Assembly: GCA_047967505.1 (NCBI GenBank) | Contig: CM106538.1 | DNA from: Dipteris shenzhenensis | Taxonomy: Eukaryota | Length of the DNA stretch: 64,000 bases | Direction: 5' to 3' (one strand) | The notes under the pieces: model-generated | Database searches by the model: none | Told to the model about the DNA's origin: nothing | The model's input: the letters and a program-made list of their open reading frames with translations, nothing else | Shown: in pieces, positions 40,601 to 51,000 of the stretch | Layout of the letters: each line of letters starts with the position of its first letter | Numbering within the stretch: the first letter of the stretch is position 1 | Position numbers and translations under genes: made by a program

Positions 40601-43600
40601 GCTCACGTACTCGCAGAGCTTCAAATGAAGGGCCTTCCCACTCGCATCAAATGCGGCTGATGGTTCTCATGGTCTTCCTCCATTGGTTCGTCTTGGCCAC
40701 ATGAAAGGGAATGGCACACCATATGAACAATCGGGTGAGCTCCCTAGTTGCCTCTGCCATTGCCTGCTTTTGAAACCCCGATTGGATGTTGGCCCTTCGT
40801 ACAGAATTTCTAGGTAGTGGAGGAGTGGCTCGTGACACATCCTCTGGCAAAGGAGTCCTCTTTGCATGCATAGCCGACATAAAGGAATAGCCACTCTATG
40901 ACTCAGTATCTCTGCTCCTCTTTGTTGCCTCCGGTGCTTGACTTGAACTACCTTCCTCCTCGTCAGCTGGCTCCATAGAACTTGAATCTTTGGGAACACC
41001 CAAACGCTTTCGCCTCCATTCTTCAAGGCTCTCCTTAACATTGTTATGCTCTCGTCGAGTTAACATGACCTCAGAAGGGTCAGTCGACATTTTCCTTTAA
41101 AGGATCAATATTTGTATTATATTTGTTTGGGCTTCATGTAAATGATAAAAAGGGAATAAAGGTCAAGGTCCTTGGTGTGGGTGACATGGCACTAGACTAG
41201 GTGGATCTAAAGCTAAGGGACTTTAATGCATTAAATGTGCCTAGGGGCAAATGTTTTAAAGATATCCCAAGAGAGGGGTAAATAATGCATTAAGGAAGGA
41301 CCCTACATTTATGACATGTGGCATAATAGATTCATCTAGGGAGTTTTGGGGCTCATTGGGAATAAGCAAGCATGAGCTTTTATGTAATCAGACCATCTGG
41401 AAGCTCGCAACCAACGAGGTTGGTTGGGAGGAGAAACCAAGTGCCCGTTCCCGTGATTTGACGACAAGCAGGAAGAAATCAGATTAGACTGTAAAATTTG
41501 GTATCAGAGCGCAGAATATCTAGGTAGCGTGGATGAACGAGTTGCATACGAAGGGGTAACAAGCGGAATTGCTAGGAGTTGGAAATCTAGCCCTTCAGAT
41601 TTGCGTCACGTATTAGGAGCAGTGCAACGAGCGTGGAGGTTATAGATCATTGAGCTGTCAAGACGGAACTATAGGAGCCTAGAAGTATAGGCTGGTTTGA
41701 GGCGATCCTTTAACGTTTTCGATGCTGGTAAGGGTCTGACGTTATGACCGTATAGCATGTTCGTGATTATAAGGCAGGTCATAAATGCATGTGGGAGTGG
41801 CTTACGGGAACTAGTTGACCTCTTCATGCAGCAAAGATATACCAGGGGGCTTTCGACTCTTTATTCCCTCTATTTTATTTGGTTAAAATTCTAAAGTTTT
41901 GAGGTGTGTGAGTTGGATTGGGAACAAATTTATGCCTTTGGATTTAAGGGCTTGAGGTTCTTAGATTGCAGGAGTTTCCCTAGTATAGGGAAAAGCGGGT
42001 TTGGTTACAGTGTGATATATGTTTTGTCAGCTGTAAAGTTGGAAGTTGGACTTTCGATTTGTAATTACAGTTTCAAGTTTTTTTAAATAAACACCCATTG
42101 ACCTGAATGGAAATAAAAGAAGAAGCTTCCAGGATGGATCCCGTAGAGTCGGGAGTCCGGCCGACCCCGCAGGTATCGCGCCCAGCAGGCCATACATTGT
42201 CTGACAGAATTGCAATGTTAGAGGATGCCTTGCAACAGATTTTAGCGCAGCAGTTACAAACAAATGTGGGGCAGTCTGAACTCAGAAAAATGCTGCACAG
42301 TATGTCTGCCAGACCATCTCGTGAGGAGAAAGGTAAATCTCCGATGGAACCGGAGTCCAGTCTTCGTACGGTCGAGCCTAGGAAGACTAAGGTGCCTAAT
42401 ATTGCCAATTATAGGCCAAAAAAGTATTCTGGTCGGATGTCTGACCGTAGTTCCGATATCTTTGACACCTGGTTACACAAATGGGACGAGGCATTCGCCA
42501 TTTGTGAAATCAGGAATGATATCAAGAAAATCCGCAAGGCCACCCGTATGTTTAATGAGGCAGCGGATAGGTGGTGGATAAAACAGCAGAAAACACTTCC
42601 TACCTCCTGACGAAGCATCCCGAGCTTGGGATTAGTATCGAAACCTTCGTCAGAGAAATTTATCAGTGGCAGAATACACTGATAAGTTTAGAGAAAGTGT
42701 AATGAAGGTTGATGAACCCCTACCTCAGTCAATCCAAGTAAAAGATTTTATCTTTGAATTGAATGATCGGATAAAGATAAAAGTTCGGGCTAAGTATGCG
42801 AACACGCTAGATGAAGCAATTGCCATAGCCCTGAACTATGAAGATGCAAAAGGGAACAGACCAAGTGGGTTTGTGCAGGTTGGGACTCAGTATGGGTACC
42901 CGAAGAAAACTAGGTTTAAGAAGAAGTGGATTAGCAAAGGGGGTGCCTCACAGTCTAGTGGTCAAGCCAAGCAGGCGAAACCAGTTGAGACTCCTAAATC
43001 AAGTACCACCATTGGAATGAAAAGGAAAGTAACACCAATGGCAGCCCGGGCTTGGTCGAAGTCCTCTTTGAACCCAGAGCAAAGGGAAAAAGCGAGGAGA
43101 GAAGGCTTGTGTTTCAGTTGCCTTCAGCCTCATCAGTGGAAAGATTGTCCACGGAACAAAGATCGTCGGATGGCTGAGATGATGGTCTCAGAATGTGACG
43201 TGGAAATGGAGGAAAGTCCTAGAGCAGAACAAATGCAGATTCAGCTAGCGGGATCTTCTCAAAGGTCAGTACCTTTTTTGTTATGTGTATCTATTGCTAA
43301 GTTAGTAACTAGTGCACCTAATAATATCCTGTCAAAGCCCGCAGCAACGGGGTATACAACCTTTAATGATACGGAGTTGATTAAGATGAAAGGACAAGTA
43401 GCTAATCATCAGGTCATTGTGTTGTTTGACTCAGCGTCAACGTACAATGTAATTAACTCCAAGCTCGTAAAGAGGCTGAAACTAAAGACTAGCCCATCTG
43501 ACTATGCATATACAGTTTAGGATGGCAGATGGAAGTTCAACTGAAGTATGGGACCAAAGGGTTACCCAGTTGGAGCTTCGAATTCAGGACTATGCTGAGA

Positions 43601-45511
43601 AGCTTGATTTTGAAATGACTAAGCTTGCTCATGCAGACATAGCCCTGGGTAAGGCTTAGCATTGTAGGAAGAATCCAGCCATAGATTGGAAAAAGCACAT
43701 TTATCAATTCAAGATGAATGATGTGCTATATGTCTTACGAGGTAAAAGGAATATACCTCAAGGACCGTTGGTTTCCGTGATGGAAATTCAAAAAGCTCAA
43801 GAAGAGTTTTTGTTTCTTTGTACATCATCGGTAGAGCCGATTGATGATTCTTCCACTAGCACTGATGTTGCTCAAAATGGAGAGATGGCCAAGCTGGCTG
43901 ATCAAATAACAGAGGAGTTCTCTGATTGTTTTAGGGATGAGTTACCTTATGGGTTACCTCCAAAGCGAAATGTTCAGCATAAGATTGAACTAATTTCGTG
44001 GGCAGAACCTATAAATAGACCTCCCTATAGGTTGAGTTTTACTGAAGAGGCGGAGGTTTGAAGACAACTAGAAGAATACCTCAAGTTGGGGCAGATTCAA
44101 CCAAGTTTCTCACCTTTTGCTTCGCCAGTGATATTAAAGAAGAAGAAAGATGATACTTTTCGCCTCTATATAGATTACAGAGCATTGAATAATATCACTA
44201 TTAAGCACAGGTATCCGATGGCTCGGATCGATGATTTGCTAGATGCATTACATGGGGCCGTAATTTTCAATAAGATAGATCTTAAGTGTGGCTACCATCA
44301 GATCCGTATTAGAGCCGAGAATGTGCATAAAACCGCTTTTAGAAACAGGTTTGGACATTATGAGTTTTTGGTAATGCCCTTTGGACTTACCAATGCTCCA
44401 GCTACATTCGTCATGCTTATGAACGATTTACTACGTTCGTATATCGAAAACTTTGTAGTACACTTTATTGACAATATTCTGGTATTCAGTAAGAGTATTA
44501 CTGAGCATTATGAACACTTAAGAATAGTGTTCAATACTTTGAGGAAAGCCAGTCTTTATGTAAATAAAAAGAAAACTATACTGTGTATGGTAAGACTTAA
44601 ATATTTAGGATTCATAATTACTCCTGAAGGGGTAGAAATGGATCCAAAGAAAGTGGCTGCGATACTGACTTGGCCAATCCCTCAGAGTTTGATCACTTTG
44701 CAATCATTCTTGGGATTTGTCCAATTTTATCGAAGGCATATCAAAGGATATTCCGAAATAGTATTGCCATTGACTGATCTAACCCGTTTTTCCTTGAAAC
44801 CGATGCAAGTGGCATTGCGGTAGGAGCAGTTCTCCTCCAAGAGGGAAGGCCAGTAGCCTTTGAAAGCAAGAAGCTTTCTCCCTCTCAACGAAATTGGCCA
44901 ACTCATGAATTAGAGTTGTATGTTGTTGTCCATGCTTTGAAAACATGGAGACATTATTTGTATAGATCAGAGTTTTATGTGGATGTTGATCATGATACTC
45001 TGAAACATTTTTGTAAACAACCTGACTTGAGAGGCCGCCAAGCTAGGTGGGCAGAACTCATGCAGGAGTTTAATTTGACGATCCGGTACCGAAGAGGGAA
45101 GGATAATAAAGTTGCTGATGTGTTGTCACGCATTATGCATAACATGAGTTTCACGGTGTTAGAGAGTGCTCTAATGACCGAAATTAGAGAAACTCAAAAG
45201 GTGGACGAGTTCGTCCAGAGTCTTTGGCCTAAGGCTCATGTGTTAAAACCCGGGGAAAAGGATGACCTGGCATCCAGAAAAGGCCAAACTTATGCAAGAT
45301 ATGCCATGAGGGATGGTATGTTGAAAAGAAATGGCAAGGTAGTAGTACCTATATATATATATATACCTTTGTAAGACTAAAATAAGTCCAATCATACAAA
45401 TTTAGAATTTTTTGTTGTTCTAAAGATCAAAAATCTACAAAGAAAATAAAAGAGAAAATGAAAGAGAAGAAAAAAGCGGTAAACAAAAACTTTTATGAAA
45501 AGCAAAAGGAA

Positions 45512-45634
45512 GACATACTTAGCAAGCAAAGCAACACTTATGTCGTCATCAGTGCCCAAGCATAAGCAGCTATACTAGGTTTCTAAAGACCCGCGGAGTC
45601 TCTTGGGCAAACCCAGTGCTTGCTAAAATACGTC
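45512..45634 (-). ncRNA. Predicted structured RNA in the PLE 3' UTR (multi-stem with kissing/pseudoknot pairing, hammerhead-like core motifs)
   Basis: Hand-folded 17-bp closing stem, two internal hairpins and an 8-bp cross-pairing. Conserved in copy 2 (about 59354-59477). Function untested. Confidence 0.55.
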
Positions 45635-45873
45635 AAATAAACAAAAGAGAATGAAAACAAGAAATAAAGAAGAAACGAAGCAGGTGACTTAAGCAAAAAT
45701 AAACAAGCAAGTCAAGAAACAAAAACTTCCAAAAAACTAGAATCTCTCTCTCTCTCTCTCTCTCTTATTTAAAACATAAAAAGTTAAAAGGCACTTTACA
45801 CTTATGTCTCGTTTCTGCAAAGAGGCAAAAATACATTTCTAACTTAGAAAGCACAAGTATACTCAAACAAACT

Positions 45874-48081
45874 CTAAAAGAAAAACGGGCTATTCAGCTC
45901 CCCGCTTTTTGTTTTCAGCTTAAGTTCAATCATTCTAAACAAACCTAAGGCCGAAACACCATAGATAAAAGACTTCATATCTAAGAATGTGCGAACTTTT
46001 TTCATTATTTTCCTTGGATTATACCTCTTGTGTAATAGTAAAGTGATCAAATTACTACAATGAGTGATAAAAGACTCCTTAGTTGTACAAACGCGGGAAA
46101 ATCTATGGAATTGGGAAGAAATGACTCCATATTTTGCCAAATCAGAAATGTTTGAGTCAATGTGAGGCATTTTTATAATGTGTAAACCACTATATTCAGG
46201 TTGTTCACGTTTATCGTATATATCAACCTCTAATCCTATGGTAGATTGAGAAAGTCTAAGATCTAAGAAAACACAAGAATCCCCTTTTGAAGTGCAGTTC
46301 AGTTCACAAGAGTCACGAGGATAGATTCCTTCTCCAAAAGCTCTAGCGTCTTTGTACATAAAGTCTTGAAAGTTAGGAACATCTGGTACAAATAAATCAT
46401 CTATAAAACGCCTAACTTGACTAAGCTTATGTAAAATGATAGGGCAGGTATTGATAGAAATAAGACGTTGCATAAACTCAAATTCATAAGTGAAAAGATA
46501 AAAGTTTGCTAAAAAGACGGCACAATTAGTGCCCATGGGGATTCCTATAACTTGTTGAAACAAAGAATCACCTATTGTGACGTAAAGATTATCTAAAAGA
46601 AAATCTATCCAAGAGCAAACATCTTCTACACTTACTACCTTTGTGTATCTTTTCTTTTTAGAACCTATGTCATGATCTTTATTTTTTAGCCACAAAAAGT
46701 CAAAGCATAAGGCTGTTTTCTCAACTTTTAGCACTTTGCATCTATCTTTGTCAAATCTCAGCTTGAAAACTTCAGCCACTAGCTTTTTAATTCTAAACTT
46801 CAGGTCTTCCAGCTCAATCTTTGTGTAAAGCGTCGTAAAATCATAGGTTTGAAGGAGAATAGGAGACTCTTTTTCCTGAATGCTTCGAGAGGAATTAAAA
46901 AATTTTACAACAGGAATCACTCCTACAGAGTCATTTAAAATCCAGCTTGAGTTCGAGGGGACATCTGCCTCTTTTAATAAGTCCCTCCAAAGTTCATGGA
47001 CACTAGGCAACATGGCTTTGAAGCAGTAGCTTAGCCATTTAGAGATATTCGTCAAAGTAGTCTCACAAGCAGCTGCAATAAATCTTGGCTTTTTTGGAGT
47101 TTTGTGAAACTTCCAAGCAGCACAAAGAAAAGGTATGCTTGGATTGCAAACAAACCCAGAAGACTTGCAAAAACTCTGATGTTTTGAGATCAAATCTTTT
47201 TGAGAAACTAAGGCGGGGGCGTAAGTTTTGGCAGACGAGTTCACTTCTCTCAAAAGACATTCTAAGTAAAACTTTTTGCAAATAAAAACAAAGTTATTGG
47301 AACATTTGTCCACATAAGAAATGACAAAATTCCTATGGAATTTTCGAAGAAGAGTTTCATCTTCTTTCGAAAGAAGGTTACTTTTCTTTGAGCAAATAAC
47401 CGAAGGGACTTCTTCTAGTTTCAAAGCAACTTTCTTCAAAATCTTCCCCTTCCATTCTGATAAGATATTTTTAACTCCTAAACATTCTTCTAATTGCAAA
47501 ACAAACTTTGAGATTCCCTTATCGATAGCTTTTAAAAGGCAAGACTCTTTAAAAGAGTACAATCGAAATTTTGTGCCTTTCATGAAAAGGTCTCTTAGGT
47601 TACTAGAAAGCAAAATTGAGGTATCAGTTGTGACTACATGTCCTAAATCAGCATCAATAAAGCTTTGGAATCTCTTACTTTTACAACAACAAGGTTTTTT
47701 AAGGATAGAAGATTTTGAATGCTCTGAAAGCCTTTTACCTATCTCTCCATAGTTGAAAGCTTTTTGTCCTAAAGTTTTTACATACTTCCAAGCTACTACT
47801 GAATGCTTCCAAATTCTTCTCACAAAATGAGGGAGAGAATCCATTACTTCAGGAGACTTCAAAATGGAGTTTAAGCCTATCTTGTCAAGTGAGGGAGAAG
47901 TAAAAATACAAATCAAGAGTTCCTTATTTAGATAGACTTCTTTGCTTTGAAATGAAGCTTTTACTTTTAAGAAGCGATCCAACGAAGTTTTAAGTTGTAT
48001 GTAATGGAGCTTATTTAGATTCAAATCCTCAAAAGAGAAGTTTTCCAAGGTATTGAAGTTTAAAAAGAAGAAGTTTTCCAA
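45874..48081 (-). CDS. Penelope-like reverse transcriptase, uninterrupted 735 codons, N-terminally incomplete
   Basis: CxC linker PCCC..GHVVTTD..KGTKFR, DKCSNNFVFICK, KFHK..KPRFIA, YDFTTLYT, GIPMGTNCA, RFIDD, FLDL, IYDKR, YGVISSQFHRF. No C-terminal GIY-YIG. The frame is open through the 5' junction (track start is TTG). Confidence 0.88.
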   Translation of the reverse strand: MENFFFLNFNTLENFSFEDLNLNKLHYIQLKTSLDRFLKVKASFQSKEVYLNKELLICIFTSPSLDKIGLNSILKSPEVMDSLPHFVRRIWKHSVVAWKYVKTLGQKAFNYGEIGKRLSEHSKSSILKKPCCCKSKRFQSFIDADLGHVVTTDTSILLSSNLRDLFMKGTKFRLYSFKESCLLKAIDKGISKFVLQLEECLGVKNILSEWKGKILKKVALKLEEVPSVICSKKSNLLSKEDETLLRKFHRNFVISYVDKCSNNFVFICKKFYLECLLREVNSSAKTYAPALVSQKDLISKHQSFCKSSGFVCNPSIPFLCAAWKFHKTPKKPRFIAAACETTLTNISKWLSYCFKAMLPSVHELWRDLLKEADVPSNSSWILNDSVGVIPVVKFFNSSRSIQEKESPILLQTYDFTTLYTKIELEDLKFRIKKLVAEVFKLRFDKDRCKVLKVEKTALCFDFLWLKNKDHDIGSKKKRYTKVVSVEDVCSWIDFLLDNLYVTIGDSLFQQVIGIPMGTNCAVFLANFYLFTYEFEFMQRLISINTCPIILHKLSQVRRFIDDLFVPDVPNFQDFMYKDARAFGEGIYPRDSCELNCTSKGDSCVFLDLRLSQSTIGLEVDIYDKREQPEYSGLHIIKMPHIDSNISDLAKYGVISSQFHRFSRVCTTKESFITHCSNLITLLLHKRYNPRKIMKKVRTFLDMKSFIYGVSALGLFRMIELKLKTKSGELNSPFFF

Positions 48082-51000
48082 GGTGTATTGTAGTAGTACC
48101 TAATTAGAATGATCTCAGGCAGCGAGTCATTCGACAATGCCATGATAGCCCATGTGCGGGACATCCAAGAGTCGAGAAGACATATGATCTCGTAAAGCGA
48201 GATTTCTTTTGGCCAAAGATGAAAAAGCATATTCATGAATATGTGACACGTTGTTTTTCGTGTCAGGTAAGTAAGGCAGAACGGGTGAAGCCACTCGGAC
48301 TTTTACAGCCCCTGGAGATACCACTAAGTAAGTGGGAGAGCATTTCCATGGACTTTATTGTAAGGCTGCCTACGACACAAGGTGGATATGATTCTATCCT
48401 TGTGGTGGTTGATCGTCTTACCAAGATGGCTCACTTCATTCCAACTAGAGAGTCTGTTAGTGCCCCGCAAGTGGCGGATTTGTTTATTAGACGTATATTT
48501 CATTTGCATGGATTACCCAAATCCATAGTGTCAGACAGAGATGTCAAATTTACCGGTCATTTTTGGACTGCGGTATTTGAAACACTAAGGACTGAGTTAA
48601 GAATGAGTAGTGGGGATCATCCTGAAACGGATGGTCAGACGGAAAGAATCAACCAAATTTTAGAGGATATGCTGAGAGCATATGCGTCATTGAGGCAACA
48701 TACATGGGACAAGTGGTTGCCATTGTTAGAGTTTGCCTACAATGATAGAAAACATTCCTCTACAGGGTTCAGTCCGTTTGAGCTAAACTATGGTTATAGA
48801 CCAGCGAATCCAACTATACTTGGAATACCTCAGAAAGTGCCTAGTGCCACGAACTTTGTGGTTCAGATGCGGGAGATGCTAGCACTTGCGAGAGCTAACA
48901 TCCGCCAAGCTATGGATAGAGCCAAGGCGTATGCGGATGAAAATCGATCCGCTAGAGAATTTAAGGAAGGAGAAAAAGTTTTTCTCAAAGTTCCTTCGCA
49001 CTCTAAGTCTTTGACTGCAGGAGAGTGTGCTAAGTTATCACCTCGATATTGTGGGCCATGGTTAATTCTAAAAAGAATGGGAAAGGTGGCCTATAAATTA
49101 GAATTGCCACAGGGTTGTAAGGTGCACCCAGTGTTTCATGTTTCTCGTTTAAAGAAATTTTTGCATACAGGTGACTCACTAATCGAAGGTATTGTTTTAT
49201 TTCAGGAGATAGAGGATAATGCAAGACGCAAACCAACAGGAATCCTGGACCGAGGAACAATGCAAGTGCGCAATCGGAAGATACCCACGGTGTTGGTTGC
49301 ATGGCATGGTCTACCTCTATCAGAAGCTACCTGGAAATCCATATACCAGTTACGGTGAGTGTTCCCAAACTTTATCATCGAGGACGTTGATGCTGAAGAG
49401 GGAAGGAATGTTACGCTCTAGTCGAGGTAACATGACCTCAAAAGGGTCAGTCGACATTTTCCTTTAAAGGATCAATATTTGTATTATATTTGTTTGGGCT
49501 TCATGTAAATGATCAAAAAGGAATAAAGGTCAAGGTCCTTGGTGTGGGTGACATGGCACTAGACTAGGTGGATCTAAGGCTAAGGGACTTTAATGCATTG
49601 AATGTGCCTAGGGGCAAATGTTTTAAAAATATCCCAAGAGGGGTAAATTATGCATTAAGGAAGGATCCTACATTTATGACATGTGGCATACTAGATTCAT
49701 CTAGGGAGTTTTGGGGCTCGTTGGGAATAAGCAAGCATGAGCTTTTACGTAATCAGACCATCTGGAAGCTCGCAACCAACGAGGTTGGCTGGGAGGAGAA
49801 ACCAAGTGCCCGTGCCCGTGATTTGACGACAAGCAGGAAGAAATCAGATTAGACTGTAAAAAACATCTTGAGGAACATAGGGGCATGGCCCTACGTCTTT
49901 GCTTGGCACATGGGCAAGATGGTCCTTCACACGGGTGACACCCTCCGTTTTCTCCATTCCATAGAATTTGCATTTCCACTTCTTAGAACCACCAGACCCC
50001 TCATATCTCCCCAATTTCTCTACATGTTTCGAAAATGCATCCGGAGTCCAAGCCATGCTGAGGACTCAGGAGAGCAAGGAGAGGAGGGAAAGGGCTGAGG
50101 AGAACAAGGAGGAGAGGAGAGGCTGAGAGGAGATGGGCTGAGAGGAGAGGGCTGCGAGGGTGAGAGGGGGGGGAGAGGAGAGGCTGAGAGGGCTGAGACT
50201 CGAGAGGGTGAGAGGGCTGAGAGGGTGAGCTGAGAGGAGAGGTGAGGGAGCACGCAGGAGCAGGAAATGATGCCAGCAAAAACGATGCGGAAGCAGAAAA
50301 TTTGGGGCAAAAACTGCCCCCCCGGAAACGCCATTTCCGTTTTTGGAAACGGCATGGAAACACCGTTCCATTTCGGGGTCAGAAAAACGGCATTTCTGGA
50401 AACTATGTTCCCAAACTGTCCACGCCTTCTGGAACAGCTCCTTCCAAGGTTCTCCTTCTTCCTGTAGCAATAAGCAGCAACCTCCTGCTACCCATGCGCT
50501 CCATTGGTCCGAGGATTTGAACTTGTGCTTTGATACCATGTCAGAGTGCAACGGAATTTGTGTGAATGCAAAGAGAGCAGAATCGTGACTATAGAAAGAG
50601 AAGATTACTGCACAAGAATTGCAAGAGATGCTTCATGTTACTGCTAAGAAAATCTCCAAAAGAAATAAGAGTTGTACCCCCCCCCCCCCAAAGGTCTTTA
50701 TTGCAATATTGTACAACTGGCTCTTGAAAGAGCATAGAACTGAGTACAATTCGGAATGAATCTGGTTGATCTGGGGCATTTTTTTTTAAGACTTAGCTAG
50801 GGCCTTCTTTCTAAAAGTTAGTTTTACATAAAAGCCAAGCTTTCAGGCTTTTCTTCCTAAATTGGAGGCTTTAGGTGGCCTTTTTCGTCTTGTGGGCCCT
50901 CTTTTAAAGAGGTGCCCCCTTGTCCGTCCTTAAGAGCCTTGTGGGACCTGCTTTTTGTGCTTTTCTCCCCAATCTTGGGTCCTTTTTGCACTCTCTTGGG

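Larger units (their letters stand above)
45352..48089 (-). mobile_element. Penelope-like retroelement (Naiad/Chlamys-type RT), 5'-truncated, copy 1
   Basis: Interrupts the chromovirus integrase with a 13-bp TSD GTAGTAGTACCTA (45339-45351, 48090-48102). (TA)n 3' tail. The 3' 1 kb is nearly identical to 59207-60186. Confidence 0.9.
41042..49861 (+). mobile_element. Ty3/gypsy chromovirus with both LTRs (41042-41496, 49409-49861), defective
   Basis: 5-bp TSD AACAT; PBS TGGTATCAGAGC 41499-41510; PPT 49395-49408. Gag with CFSC..H..KDC, protease LFDSAST, RT (44086-44823, catalytic motif decayed to FIDN), RNase H, integrase and C-terminal chromodomain-like ILD..VLVAW..EATW (48219-49358). Confidence 0.97.
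38326..50407 (-). mobile_element. hAT DNA transposon with both termini; transposase pseudogene split by a gypsy insertion
   Basis: TIR CATAGTT(C/T)CCAG; 8-bp TSD TTCCCAAA at 38318-38325 and 50408-50415. BED finger (WKCKF..TRVKDHL) 49862-50056 continues at 41041; CDGW..., WTPCASHCLD, VLRITD motifs. Confidence 0.95.

Noticed and set aside
45512-45634. Canonical type I/II/III hammerhead, or a SECIS element
   Set aside because: Segment order and missing helix II do not fit canonical hammerheads. The RT frame has no in-frame TGA, so there is no support for selenocysteine.
45874-48081. Telomerase, group II intron, retron or LINE RT
   Set aside because: Intronless, multicopy and TSD-flanked. Motifs (DKxxN, GIPMG, FIDD, FLDL, YDKR) fit PLEs, not QGxPLS/YADD-type RTs.
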